A DNA stretch of 64,000 nt from Tubiluchus corallicola (lineage: Eukaryota; Animalia; Priapulida), in contig JAQGDQ010000065.1 in NCBI GenBank assembly GCA_030141605.1, positions 680,416 through 744,415 of the forward strand, read 5' to 3'. The notes beneath the pieces were generated by a model, which searched no databases, was not told the DNA's origin, and worked only from the letters and a program-made list of their open reading frames with translations. This document shows, one piece after another, positions 1 through 13,014 of this stretch. Numbering within the stretch: the stretch's first letter is position 1; each line of letters starts with the position of its first letter. Both the position numbers and the translations under genes were made by a program.

Positions 1-430
1 TTGCTGGTAAGGTCTGTGATACTCCAGTACCTACAATGGAAGATCTTTTTACAGAAGAAATAACAAAAAGTCAAAGTGTATTTATAAATGACCCATCCCA
101 GCCTTTTGCATCAAAGTTTGAAAAATTTGAAATCTGATATTATAAAAGCCTCATTTATAAAACTGAGAGATTTCTGAATTCTTTTATTTCAAGTGCAATA
201 AGACAATCAATCAACAGTAATCCTACAGGTGTAAATTTAATTTAATTTTATGATGTACCTTATGTACAAAAGCATTTTAGGATTATGTTTGCTGAACTTT
301 GTTCATGTGCAGATGTTGTTATTTCGTCTGTTTATAGTAACGTATATTTTAATCTTGAGCCAAGTGAAATTGTGATGAAAGATTACTGCAAAGCAGAATA
401 AATTTTATCTTATCTTATGTTATCTTACTT
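1..430 (+). mobile_element. 3' end of a degraded LINE (Rex/Babar- or L2-like)
   Basis: Frameshifted translation ...VPTMEDLFTEE...NDPSQPF...KTERFLNSFISSAIRQ resembles the Rex/L2 ORF2 C-terminus; followed by AATAAA (~398) and a (TATCT)n-like tail at ~406-430. Confidence 0.6.
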
Positions 431-599
431 GCATTATTCTAAAGTGTACTAATATTATTAATTATATAAAAAGATTAGTATCATCTGTAAAGTAAAGTAA
501 TCATTCATGTACAATAGGAAAAGAGTGAAGATACATGAGGGTGAAGCCTCAAGGCACACCACAGTAGGTGTAAGCGATAGCTGATTTAGTGTTCAAATA

Positions 600-1400
600 G
601 TTTAATGCCTGTGCACCAAGTTGCTCACCACACACCCCAATCTAGGAAAGAAACAGTCAGAGAGGAGCTCGTAGAAAGGGAAAGACTGGAGATTGTCCAA
701 AAATCAGATTCCCCTAAGTCATATCTTACTGCCATTTGGATCATGAAAGACAGTACGATTAGATTTTGCATAGACTTCCGTGCTGTAAACAAACAGATGT
801 ATTTCACGGACTGTCCCAATCCTAAGGTTGGACGAGATCCTTGACAAACTTTACAGATCCGAGTGGCTTATTAGTCATGACATGACAACGGTATACTGAC
901 ACATTCCTCTAGTCAAGGAGTCTACACCAGTACCTGCATTTGTCATTGACTTTGGTAAATGGAATTTTAAAGTACTGTGTCGCTTGGTCAGGCAATACAG
1001 CAGTTCACCCTGTTACTAAAAACCAGAAAAATCCACGTGCATTCTTTCCTAGGAGTGCCAGGTTTTTACTGCAGATCATATCTCACTTCAGTCAAACTGC
1101 AGCTCCATTAATTGTCTTAACAGAAAAGATCCAAACTACTGTCACCGAATGGTCGCTTGAATGTAAATGCAGCTTCACTATGTTACGGGACTGTCTTTCA
1201 TTTGAAAGTATACTGCACAGTCCAGATTCGTTCACCCCGACCACAGATGCTTCAATCAAAGATCTAGGTGCTGTACTACCCAAAAGCAGCCATCGGGTGA
1301 GCAAGTGCTGATAACATATCTTAGTCGGTTACTCACTTCAGCAGAGAAAAATTATTCTGTTATTAAACTTGAGCCTTTCTGCATTGTGTTTGCCATAGAA
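600..1400 (+). mobile_element. Degenerate Ty3/Gypsy pol fragment (RT start, connection, RNase H)
   Basis: ORF 605-844 KSDSP...KDSTIRFCIDFRAVNK; ORF 940-1311 HFSQTAAPLIVLT...TTDASIKDLGAVL; then ITYLSRLLTSAEKNYSVIKLE at ~1311-1375; stops, frameshifts and deletions. Confidence 0.8.
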
Positions 1401-3159
1401 TATGCCATATGCCAAGAGTACTAAATATCTAGCGACCGAGTTAAGGGAAGCTTTATGCACAATGTTAGGTATCCCATGTAATTCACACTTGAGTATGACT
1501 GCTTGGGTGTCCAGCATCTTACCATTCAGTTTTAATTGCGAAACAATGGGAAATGTTGTACAGCCATAAGAAATATATGCAAAACAATGAGATTATAAGA
1601 ATTTTGTTTTTCCTAAATGATAATACAATTATAAGAACAATGGGCAAGAATCGTATAATCACAAATTCAACAAAGTTTATAAACACAGCTAGTTTTAATG
1701 AAACTGACTTTCTGTGTTGTAAGCCTTTTTTGGACACTTATGGTAATTAGTAATTACAGCTTTTCAGTCGATGAAGTAAAACCAAACTTGTTCACTAATT
1801 AACTAAATGTTGTAGTATTAAGGGAATCGTGTAATAGTATACGAAGCTTTACAAAACTAATTTTCTCCTGTTCAATACTAATCAATGATTGTAGTATTGA
1901 TATAAATATTGTACAATTTAACTAATACATGAAGTCCTGCAATTATGTGAAATGTAACACTCATTTGTAAAATAAATAAAATACATATATTATTATTTCT
2001 ACATATATAAATATAAAATATATAATATAATATAATTAATTTATACATTTATATAAATAAATATAAATGCAAATGGGGCTATAGCATCTTTGCTGTCCAA
2101 GTAAATCGAAGTGACCGCTCACAGACCCTGAGCCGCAGGCATGTCATACACACATCTTACATTAAACACGATAGGCCTATGATTAAGCTGATCGTGTGCA
2201 TTATATTCGAGACAATGCCAGTTGATGTCACAGCGCTTGCATGGACTGCACCATAAGAGGCAGCACGCAGTTAGGTGTCGTTGCTGAGATTTACTTGTTA
2301 AGTTATTTGTTGCCAATTTATTAACTTTTTAGTACTGAGTCATTAATTTAAAGTGCATTGCTTTTCTCGTAAATGTCATAAAAGGTAGTCTCATTTTACT
2401 TTTCAAAAGTGATTAAATCTGTGTATGACTGGTCGTTTATTTGTGGGTTTAATAATTATTTCTTTAAAATTTATACTGTTCATTTTTTGTGCATTATTGC
2501 AGATATATTGTCATCTACATTATTACTACAGAGAAACACCTATTACTCCAAGCAAAATGAAATACTCATCCTAGTGGTATATGTAAATTTGGTCCCGGTA
2601 TGTAAGCCAGCCCTGTTGTTAAACAGCTGCTAGTAAAGGGAGTCTATACAACACCATTTAGTATATATGCACTAACTCTTGGAAGCAAATGAAAACACAA
2701 AAATTAGATTTTATGAATATATGGCACATATCAGGGCACCACGGATAGGCAGAATCATCCCTACATGCAGATGACTTCAGTGCCTGAGTGGTAGTTGATC
2801 ACAAGTATGGAGAGGGTTCTCGGCAGGTACAGCATCGGTACTTCTGGTTAAGGCTATCTTTCTGTGCTGAGAAAGAACTGGTATTAACAATCACAGTCTC
2901 TTAAATGAATAAATATAGGAACACGGTTCATAATCCAAGATCAGGACGCAAACAGAAAGATTTGAAAGATGTTCAAGTAACTCACATAATGCGCTGAGAT
3001 TACTTCAGATAAGCCAGCCATTGATATGGCTTCACTATGACACATAATTATAATTTGCAGTGGTTAGAAAAACAGTCAAAACCTGTGTGAAGCTCAGCTA
3101 CAATTTTGCTGACCTAAATGAAGATGCTTACAAATAGAATAAAACGCAATTCCACACAC

Positions 3160-3330
3160 CTTAACAATATCTTTGAGCTGTTCATTTGCTTGTGCAACAG
3201 CTTGAGCAAGGCTATTTGCCTGAGAAAAATCAACGTTTAACATTCCTGTGACGTATGATGAAAAATATGACTTAGAGTTCATTTTTTTAGGAGCAACATC
3301 TAATAATGCTATTCTCTCCACAGTCAAAGG
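3160..3330 (-). CDS. ABHD11: ABHD11-like alpha/beta hydrolase, coding exon 4
   Basis: ttttttcag|CCTTTG...GTTAAG|gtgtgt, 171 nt, phase 0/0; PLTVERIALLDVAP...YFSSYVTGM...ANEQLKDIVK matches the ABHD11 segment PELVERLIAVDISP...ADEQL. Confidence 0.88.
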
Positions 3331-4089
3331 CTGAAAAAACATAAAAGAAATTAACAGTCATAAAAAGCAATCTTGAATTATCTCAACATAAACATTATTA
3401 ATTATAGTTACTGAATTATCAGGAGAATAAAAAAGAAAGAGAAAATTGTTAATACTGGGCAAAAGTACAGATAGAAAACAAACAATATTGTTATTAATAA
3501 TTAATAAAGTAAAAATTAAACATGGTGATTACTATCATAATTGAACAAACATGCATGCATAAATAATACTGTAATATGATAATAAACATGCTTAAATGAA
3601 GCATAACTTATTTGCATCGTCTATCCAAGCAAATGTAAAATACAAGGTGGTACATTAGTTTTTGCTAAGATAGTTTCTATATTGTGCTATGACTTCTTGT
3701 TTTTGTGCTCTCATTGAACACCCCATTGAGAACCACAAGATGTTAATTGAGTACTTATAAGGAGGTCTTAGTTGTAGATTATACAAAGATTCCAAATTCT
3801 AATTCCCATTTATGACGTGGATACCCATGATATAAAAGAATCACTAAATTTAACAGTACGTTGACATTCCTCGCGAAGTGCAAACAATTTTCCACATAAA
3901 TGTTCGCTTAATCCTGGAAAAGAGATGACATTTGGTCTGACCTACAAAGGTAGTACCGCAAACTGCATAGGACCACCCTCGACCTCACCAAAGAGAAGGT
4001 ATAGCAACATGCTTATCAAGCAAAATGGTAATTTCCTAGTTACACATATCAGTTTTGATGCTTGTTTTCTAGCACTTAAACTCATGCCA

Positions 4090-5110
4090 TAAAAGGTACC
4101 TTAGAATACTGGATGAGACCACCTAGCAACATGCCAAATATTATGGCCCTAGCTCAAAAAGTATGGGAGCAGATGGATCATAAAGAAACATAAATGAAGA
4201 CCCGCCCACTCCATGACCTTTGACCCGGCAATTCCGGTCACATGTATACATAGACAACTTTGCCCAATGAGTGTACCCTGTGAGTTTTGTGTCCCTAGCC
4301 CTCAGCATGTAAAAGGTCACCAACTGTGGGACCCCAAATTTTGAGTTTTGGCCCCTCCCTCGGGCGTTGACACTTGCCAGCATTTAAAACTGCAGGTGCA
4401 CAACTCCTGCACAGTGCCCAAATACTTGTGAAAAAAAATTGGAAAGAAAAACAAAAGCCCTAGGAGGAGATACGGACCTTAAGGAAAAGTGACCGATGTG
4501 CACTGCACTACAGATATCAACCAGTCTCGGCATAACTTATACCATTCGGTTTGTCTAATCGAGACCTTTCATTTGATGTGCTACAAGGTGCCATTGCTCA
4601 ACACTCGGTGCACTTCAGTTCCCGACCCCCATTTGTGAATTTTTGCCCCTAGCGGGGTTGAGGTTAGCTATTCTCATTGTAACATGTGCCATTCGAACCG
4701 CCTCATCGAGCTTTCTAAGACACTTGATGCGTTTCTGTTCCGAACCCCCATTTTTTGGTTTCTGCCTCCTAGCAGAAAATTTTCCCTCTCTAAATCACCT
4801 ATATTTTGCCATATCCAACAACTTGGCATCACCTAACCATATACCAAATATTGTCGCCCTATCTCAAAAACTATGGGAGCAGATGGATCCTAAAGAAAAA
4901 TAAATGAAGACTCGACCGTTCCGTGACCTTTGACTTGGCAACTCGGGTCACGTGTATATGTAGATAACTTTGGCCAGAGAGTGTACCCTGTGAGGTTTGT
5001 GTCCCTAGCACTCAGTGTGTAAAAGGTCACCAATTGGAGGACCCCAAATTTTGTATTTTGGCCCCTCACTCGGGCGTTTAAAACTTGCCAGCTTTTTAAA
5101 ACCCCAGTGC
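4090..5110. repeat. Dispersed repeat, two partial copies (Helentron/HINE-like), in ABHD11 intron 3
   Basis: 4120-4400 and 4830-5110 are homologous to each other and to 12120-12330 (ccctagctcaaaaa...atgggagcagatggatc...tgacctttgacc); 4530-4780 holds monomers of the 149-bp array. Confidence 0.75.
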
Positions 5111-5184
5111 ACAAAAATCACAATATCTAAATGTGCTAATGTGATATGTGTTTGTATGATTGACCAATTAGTTATAACTTATAC

Positions 5185-5358
5185 CTTAGTCAATGCCAGT
5201 GTCATTGCAATACGACCACCCATACTATGACCAACCAGCACTGGTTTAGTGATGCATTCAGATCGCATCAATAACAGTATGTCTTCGCTCATAGATGGAT
5301 AATCCATTACTTCCACACGAGGACTATGTCCATGATTTCTCGCATCTACTATGTAAAC
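5185..5358 (-). CDS. ABHD11: ABHD11-like hydrolase, coding exon 3 (nucleophile elbow GHSMGG)
   Basis: tttatcag|GTTTAC...ACTAAG|gtataa, 174 nt; VYIVDARNHGHSPRVEVMDYPSMSEDILLLMRSECITKPVLVGHSMGGRIAMTLALTK, with DARNHG and GHSMGG motifs. Confidence 0.93.
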
Positions 5359-6262
5359 CTGATAAACAAAAACAGCATGTATCCATCAACCAACGTAATT
5401 TTACGATTGGCCTACATCTTTTTAATTAAATAATCCGTGTTTCTGGCACCAGTGATACACTGTGTTGTCGCTGCGCAGTTCGGGGGAACTTGCATTGATA
5501 ATTCGAATTTATCAAGTTATTTATTAATTTCATCTTCAAGTTTGTTGTAAGTTAAATAAATGGAATCGTAGCAGGAGGAATTTGCAGATGGCCATTAATG
5601 TTAAGAATGCCACATTTTGTTATTTTGTGTTAGGATTTGACCGCTTATAGTTCAGCCTAATGCCTTAGGTGTGCCTTACTGCCACGTAAACACCCAACAC
5701 ACCACTTTCTTTCACAGTTGTCCCATTTACAATGCATACGCATTAGGAAAACAATTCGTCATTCTTTTTCAAAGTTTTTGACAAGAACTAAATTTCCTCA
5801 ATATTAGGCAAAATTCTATAACAGAGACACAAAAAATTTCAATTGGACATCAAACAGCATATAAGAGTTCAAGACTGAGCTGCACTGTGTATAATGACTG
5901 CATCCAGGCACATCATTTGTAGTCTTAGTCATTTGTAGTCGAACCAGCTTAGCTTTACAAGTGAAGTTAAGTTGCTGTGCAAGGTTGAAATGAAAGGTGA
6001 AACATTTTTACAATACGGTTTGTTAATTCACAATTCTGGTTTACATTAAACATCTTGCTAACAGATGGGGCACACAATGTACTTGTGTACTCATAGCAGA
6101 TCTAACTAGAACTCACAACTAAAAACAGGACGTGGTATACAGGTTTTGTAGCACATTGTGTGCACACATCTAAGTACACAGAGCGCACATGACCTTTACA
6201 CCACTCAGAATCACTCAGTCAGCTTATAAGTTATATAATTTATAAGGATTTAATTTACATAC

Positions 6263-6404
6263 ATTGCGGTTTGTTTCTTTACACAAAGATTCTCCAAAAG
6301 TAAACCAGTTTCCTTTTTTGCCAAAAAGCCCATGCATAACCAAAACAGGTTGTTTATCTGTTTGTTTTCCAGTCTCAAACTTGTGATATGCCAGCTTTAC
6401 AGCA
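6263..6404 (-). CDS. ABHD11: ABHD11-like hydrolase, coding exon 2
   Basis: gtatttag|T GCT GTA...CGC AAT|gtatgt, 142 nt (1+47 codons); AVKLAYHKFETGKQTDKQPVLVMHGLFGKKGNWFTFGESLCKETNRN, with the oxyanion HGLFG motif. Confidence 0.92.
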
Positions 6405-7398
6405 CTAAATACAAATGATGAAATACATTATGTAAATTACGTCATACAGTGCCAATAAAGTAAATGGCTTTTGTGCCTTATCTTGTAAAAATTATAGAAG
6501 TATTAATTAATGAAAAATCCCAAAACTAAAAAATGAAAAACATCATTTCATACTACCGTTGTAGCTTTAAGAGAAGGAATACAGGGGGAAAATTACATGT
6601 AAAATTGTTACTACTAATTTAAGAAGGAGTTTTCTCTATTTTTAATTTAATGCCAAAAATGATAAACGCACATAGTAACAACACAGAAGCGGTTAAGTAT
6701 AAGACAAACCAGAAATATCGTTATCAAACCAAGAGGCTGAGAGGGAGAAGCAAAAAAAGTAAAAATGTATGCGTCTGTCTAGCTTATATACAAGTTGTCA
6801 GGCCAGTAAAGTAAAATGCAAGCCTCAAAGATCATTAGCAACCTAGGGGGTTAGTAAGGTAATACAAAATCTACCACACTGCTTGTTTATTAGGTGCCAG
6901 TATTAAAAGAAATTTATTAAAATGAATAGATGGCTTCCTCAAATGTGTCAAGTGCTCTGATTCTACTACAAATCTACCCCCAAGTCGAATGCACATACAC
7001 AACTACATCACAAGTTATATCACATTATGCATGAATCCACGCTGATCGTGAATATGTGATTTTCTAGTTTTGATAATGAACTGACGTATTTAAGAAAGTT
7101 TGATATTTCTAATACTGAATTAATACTAATAAGATTAATACTAACAAGATTTGGCAGGAAAAACAGGTCATTGGAGTAGGGTAACTTGTATGTCCACTTG
7201 GGCAATTATCATAGGAATATGGATGATGACAATGATAATGTTTACAACTTCATTGAATTACTTTGGAACTGCATTAATTACATGAAGAATAGCACTGCAG
7301 ACAGGATGAAAAATGTGATTCTTACCTTTTACCTACTGAGTGAAATTAGTGATGTAGAAAGCGTATTCTCTGAGAAAGTGACAGAGAAAAAGAATGTG

Positions 7399-7492
7399 AC
7401 AGAGAAAATTTTGGTTTTGCTGCAGTTGGTTTGAATTGCTTATCACAGAGAAAATTTTGGTTTTGCTGCAGTTGGTTTGAATTGCTTATCAC
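7399..7492. repeat. Tandem duplication of ~46 bp
   Basis: acagagaaaattttggttttgctgcagttggtttgaattgcttatc x2, followed by (cacgcaag)x3. Confidence 0.85.
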
Positions 7493-8249
7493 ACGCAAGT
7501 CACGCAAGACACGCAAGTCATATAAACGTCTTTAGATACACAATCCAAAAGACTTTTACACAGTAAGCATGAATCCAGGAAGAAAGCAAGAACAACTTTA
7601 TCATCTCATTCAAGCAGCAGAAGACGTGTCAATACTGCTAGTACCAGTAATGCTTCGGATGAAACTGCTGCTGGGGGTTTCGTGTTGTCGAAGTATCATC
7701 AACAGAGAAAGGAAGGAAAATCGTGATGGGAATAAACAGTAAATGCTCTGTTAGAGGAGCTTCGAGGAACAAAGACATTTGTCTTTAGAGTTTTAAGCAG
7801 CACCGATAAAGATGACATCATCAACATTCTTAGCTCGCAAGATGTTAACGTGGTGAAGGAAGTGAAAATTCCATGAGGATGCTAAATATCACATTCAGTA
7901 CAATATAGTGACATTCAATGCATGGTAACATCAAAATTGTTACTTCATATTGTAATAAATTATTATGTTTCATACACTGTCATTATCATAAAACAATAAT
8001 TACACTGCAGTGGGCTAGAGAAGCAAAGGATTGTAAAAGTCCACTGTCATGCGAACCAGATAAAAGTGAATTGGTAACTGAACAAAAAAAGAACAGGGAG
8101 AAAGGTTAGATCACACAGGACTGGAAGAGTGATGCGTTAGTGGAAATAGTAGGAAAAAAGACAGTAGATTGTGCGCTGTTTACATCAGCTCTAAAAATTT
8201 ATCAATGATGTCTTTTTTGCATAATCTGTACCAGGATTGTGGTATGACT

Positions 8250-9660
8250 GCTGCAGTAGGTGTGGTATATTAAGAAGTGTTGTATTTATTGAAAAAATTT
8301 CTTTATATTTTTTTAAATTGGTTGAATAGTTTTTAATTGAACATTAATGTCATTCCAAAGTCTTGGACCAAAATTTGCAATGAACTGCCGTGCCACGCCT
8401 GCTCTACAGAAATTAATGACAAATTCATTCACTCTGGTTGCGTAACACCAATTATTAGGTTGGACTGGATTACTAAAGAAAGTTCGAAAGAGATGATATT
8501 TAGTTTTATACATGTAGCTGTACTCATTTGTATTAAATCTTCAACAGCTAGAACATTATTAGTGTTGAAACATGTTAAACTAAGATGTTCTCTTTTTCTA
8601 AGATTACAAGTGATTCTAAAAAATTTTCTTTGGATCACTCGTAATTCACTTATATTAGTCGTATATGTCCCCAAAGGAGACAACAATACGTGAGGTACGG
8701 TAGTATTAAACAATTTTACAAGGTTATTAGATGTAAATTAGTAAAGCAATTTTTAGTCGTACATATGACACCTATACTTTTGATCATACCTACATGTGGC
8801 TTCCAATCCATTCATTTAGAATGACTCCCAAAAATTTTATTTCCTGAATAATTTCAATTGGGGAATTATTGATTTTTATATCACAATCATTAATTGGAAC
8901 TTTGTCGTGTCTTGCTCTAAAAATGATGCATTTAGTTTTTTGTAGAATTCAATGACAACTTATTCGTTTTGAACAAAATAGCAATTTTTTGTAATTCATG
9001 GATGATATATAAGAAATTATCAGTTTTACTTAACTCGAAAAATATGCGCATATCATCTGCAAACTGGAAGAGATTCGGGCTATCTAAAGAATATTTATGT
9101 CATTTATATATATATATTAAAAATAGCATTGGACCTAAAATTGAGCCTTGTAGTACCCCCATAGGTTACAAAAGCTTCATTTGAAATCACATTATTGTAT
9201 CGAACCAATTGTGTTTTCCCATGAAGATAACTAGATATCCATAACTAAGATGTAGTTTAGCAAGAAGTATTTTATGATTAAAAGTATCAAAAGCCTTATG
9301 AAGGTCACAAAATATCCCTACCGCTATTTATTTTGTTCAATGCATTTAGTTATACTCTCTACAATGTTTATCAGAGCGAATTCAGCTGAGCTGTTTTTCT
9401 AAATTTTTAACTAAACTGCTTATTATTTATTATGTTTTGAGATGATTCAAATAAGATATTTTATTGTAAACAACTTTTTCCAATATTTTTGAAAAAGGTA
9501 ACAGCGGGATAGGTCTATAATTATTAACGTCCACAGAATCTTTGGATTTGAAAACAGGGATAAGACTTGATCGTTTCAATTTAGAAGGAACTGTGCCAGT
9601 TTTAAGTGGATTATTAATTATGTGTGTCAAGGGAGTAATAATACACTTATAATAACTTTG
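8250..9660 (-). mobile_element. Degraded CR1-group LINE ORF2 (RT) fragment
   Basis: HIINNPLKTGTVPSKLK...NNYRPIPLLPFSKILEK (9430-9630), GVLQGSILGPMLFLIYI (~9110-9160), FADD (~9050-9065), GPRLWN (~8360); many lesions. Confidence 0.85.
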
Positions 9661-9943
9661 GGCTGCAAACTATCCCTACAATATTTCAACTAGTTCAACT
9701 ATATTTCATTATTATCACACTTAACTGTACACTAGATTTCGTATTTTTAGCTCAGCGTGAAAAGTTACGGAAAGAAATCTGACTGTAACCGTCGCAGTCG
9801 CCGTAACCTGTCAGATGCACCTGCTGCAAGCGCCGCAGCGTGTTGTCAGGCTGACTACAACCATACAAAAGACTTCTAAGCATAAATTTATCAATAGAAA
9901 CAGTGGCTTTATCAATGGCATACGTGCTCACAATTAACAAGGT

Positions 9944-10450
9944 ATGTCAAGTGGTATTGGCCTTTACATTTGTAATAAACTGTTTTTTTTCAGAAATATC
10001 AGATGCAAACTAACTGCAAATAGCAATCAAATAGAAAGCCTCTTTATTGAAATCGAAATGTCTAATTCAAAGAATATGATTTTTGGTGTAGTGTATCTCT
10101 ACCCATCATTCCAACAGCAATTTGAGTTTAAACTAAATCAAATTAAATCAGCAAACAAATTATTGTACATATGTGGCAATTTTAACAAACATTTAATCCA
10201 GCATGACGAAAAGGCTTATATTGCTGATTATTTAAATATGATATTTGCATAATCTGACTCCAGTTATTACTTACCCCACTACTTACTTCAAAAACTCAAA
10301 TGCTCACTGATGATATTTATACAAATGACATGACTAACTATACACAATCTGGAATTTTAATTGCTAAAGTTGCAGACCATTTTCCTATACTTGCCATAGT
10401 TAAATGCTCATTAAAATTTAGAGATAATAGAAAAACAATTAGAGACTAGT
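9944..10450 (+). mobile_element. LINE apurinic endonuclease domain fragment
   Basis: GIGLYI...IESLFIEI...IFGVVY...ICGNFN, then DDIYTN...ADHFPI in a shifted frame. Confidence 0.8.
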
Positions 10451-10639
10451 TGACAATGTTTCTGATGTGGTCAGAAACTGATGATTTTGCTAACAATAGT
10501 TGTAAAATTCAGCCTTAAAAATGAAGAGACGACAGCCTTTTTTTGAAAGTGCTTAATTTCTTTTACTGAATTGCCTGAATACATGGAAAGTGCATTTCAC
10601 AATGAAACCTCAGCATTTAACTGTTCAGCCCATCACCCA

Positions 10640-12330
10640 CGTGTCAAAGGTCAACAATTTTGGCATAACTTATATCATTCTGTTTGTTTCATTGAGATCT
10701 TTCACTTGATATACAACAACCTACCTTTGGTAGACCGTGGAAGATATTTGTATCTTCGACCCCTATTTTGCCCCTAACTGGGTCACAGGTTAGCGATTCA
10801 CACTGTAACCTATGCCATTCGATCCGCCTCTTCAAGACCTTTCATTTGATATGCTACATGGAACTATTCGTAGACACTCGATGCATTTCTGTTGCCGACC
10901 TCCATTTTTCAGTTTTTGCCCCTAGCGGGGTCGCAGATTACTTATTCTCATTGCAACCTATGCCATTCGATCTGCCTCATGGAGACTTTTCATTTGATAT
11001 ACAACAATCTACTTTTGGTAGACCCTGGAAGACATTTGTCTCCTCGACCCTATTTTGCCCCTAACTGGGTCACAGATTAACGATTTACACTGTAACGTAT
11101 ACCATTCAATTCGCCTCATCGAGACCTTTCATTTGTTGTGCTACATGGTACAATTCATAGACACTCGATGCACTTCTGTTCTCGCCCCCCATTTTTCGGT
11201 TTTTGCCCCCTAGCGACGTCGCGGGTTAACAATTCTCTCTGTAACCCATGCCATTTGATCTGTCTCACTGAGACCTTTCATTTGATATGCTACAAGGTAC
11301 TATTGCTCAACACTCGGCGCACTTCATTTCCCGACCCCCATTTTTTGGTTTTTGTCCCCTAGCATGGTCGCGGATTAGCTATTCTCGTTGCAACCAATGC
11401 CATTCGACCCGCCTCATCGAGACCTTTCATCTGATATGCTACAATGTACTTTCGCCCAGCACTTGGTGCACTTCAGTTACCGCCCCCCCCCCCATTTGTC
11501 AGTTTTTGCCCCTAGTGGGCTCGCGGGTTAACTATTTTCATTGTAACCTATGCCATTCGACTAGCCTCGTCAAGACCTTTCATTAGATGTGCTACAAGGT
11601 ACCATTCCTCAACACTCGGTGCACTTCTGTTTCCGACCCCAATTTTTCGGTTTCTGTCACCTAGCGGGCTCGCAGATTAGCTATTCTCATTGTATCCTAT
11701 GCCGTTCAATCCGCCTCATTGAGACCTTTCCTTTGATATGCTACATGGTACTATTTGTAGACACTCGATGAATTTTTGTTCCCCCCCCCCATTTTTCGGC
11801 TTTTGCTCCCTAGCGGGCTTGCGGATTAGCTATTCTCATTGCAACATACGTCATTCAACCACCTCATCGAGACCTTTCATTTGATATGCTACAATGTGCT
11901 TTTGCCCAGCACTTGGTGCACTTCAGTTCCCAACCCCCATTTGTCGGTTTTTGTCCCGAGCGGGGTCGCGGGTTAGTTATTCTCATTGTAACCTTTGCCA
12001 TTCTACTCGCCTCGTCAAGACATTTCATTTGATGTGCTACAAGGTACCATTCCTCAACACTTGGGGCACTTCATTTCCCAACCTCCATTTTTTGGTTTTT
12101 GCCTGCTAGCGGAAAATCCCCCTCCAAATCACCCATATTTTGCTACATCCAACAACTTGACCACACCTAACCACATATCTAATATTGTCACCCTAGCTCA
12201 AAAACCGTGGGAGCAGATGGATCCTAGAGAAAAATAAATGAAGACCCGACCGCTCCATGACCTTTGACCCGGCAACTGGGGTCACGTGCATACACATATA
12301 ACTTTGGCCAGAGAGTGTACCCTGTGAGTT
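10640..12330. repeat. Tandem array of ten 139-153-bp monomers within a HINE-like repeat (ABHD11 intron 1)
   Basis: Anchor GAGACCTTTCATTTGAT (or close variant) at 10694, 10834, 10982, 11121, 11270, 11419, 11572, 11721, 11869 and 12017; followed by the same terminal module as at 4120 and 4830. Confidence 0.92.
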
Positions 12331-12339
12331 GTGTGTGGA

Positions 12340-12864
12340 AAATGTCCGTATAAAGTACTATGTCAGTGCAACTCAAACTTTGGTTCCAGTGTTAACAACT
12401 CTATATTTAACAAATCCATCACTAGCGGTATTTTTCCAGATTTTCTGAAATTAGCCAAAATTATACCAATCTATAAAGCAGATTCACCTCTTAATCCTAG
12501 TAACTACAGACCTATTTCTTTACTATCACCATTCTTTAAAATCTTTGAAAACTCATTTATAATAGGTTTGACAAATTTATTACTACTAATAACATGTTAC
12601 TGTATCAAGTATCAATTTGGATTTAGGAAAAATCATTCTACTTCGTTAACAGTTTCAGAGCTTGTAGATAACCTACTCGAGGATCTTGACAGTAAAGTTA
12701 TAACATGTGGCATTTTCTTAGACCTATCCAAAGCCTTTGACACAGTTCAACATACCATTCTCCTAAATAAACTTGAATATTATGGAATAAGAGGACTAGC
12801 ACTTTCTTTTTTCCATCATACCTGTCTAACCGGAACTTTACAAAACTGCTTCATCAAAATATGA
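12340..12864 (+). mobile_element. CR1-group LINE RT fragment
   Basis: [25 protein letters not shown]...NYRPISLLS...[10 protein letters not shown]...[29 protein letters not shown]. Confidence 0.9.
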
Positions 12865-13014
12865 AAATTATTATTCATTTTTACAATACTAGATCCTCAA
12901 GGAAAAGACATTTATTCCAAACATGGTTCAACCACCAGTATGGTATAAAGATTTTACAATACAATGGGGTTAAACTATAGAATAGTCTAACTGAAATGAC
13001 ATTGTGATAAATTA

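Noticed and set aside
2690-2880. Possible 5' UTR of a Nimb/I-clade LINE on the minus strand
   Set aside because: Only a vague resemblance, with no adjoining ORF1 evidence
10640-12110. CRISPR-like regularly spaced repeats
   Set aside because: Inter-anchor sequences are homologous to each other rather than unique spacers; eukaryotic context and no cas genes
10571-12237. Cys/His-rich repeated ORFs (HCNLCHS) resembling zinc fingers or heme-binding CxxCH motifs
   Set aside because: Monomer lengths shift the frame between units and stops are frequent; this is a non-coding tandem repeat
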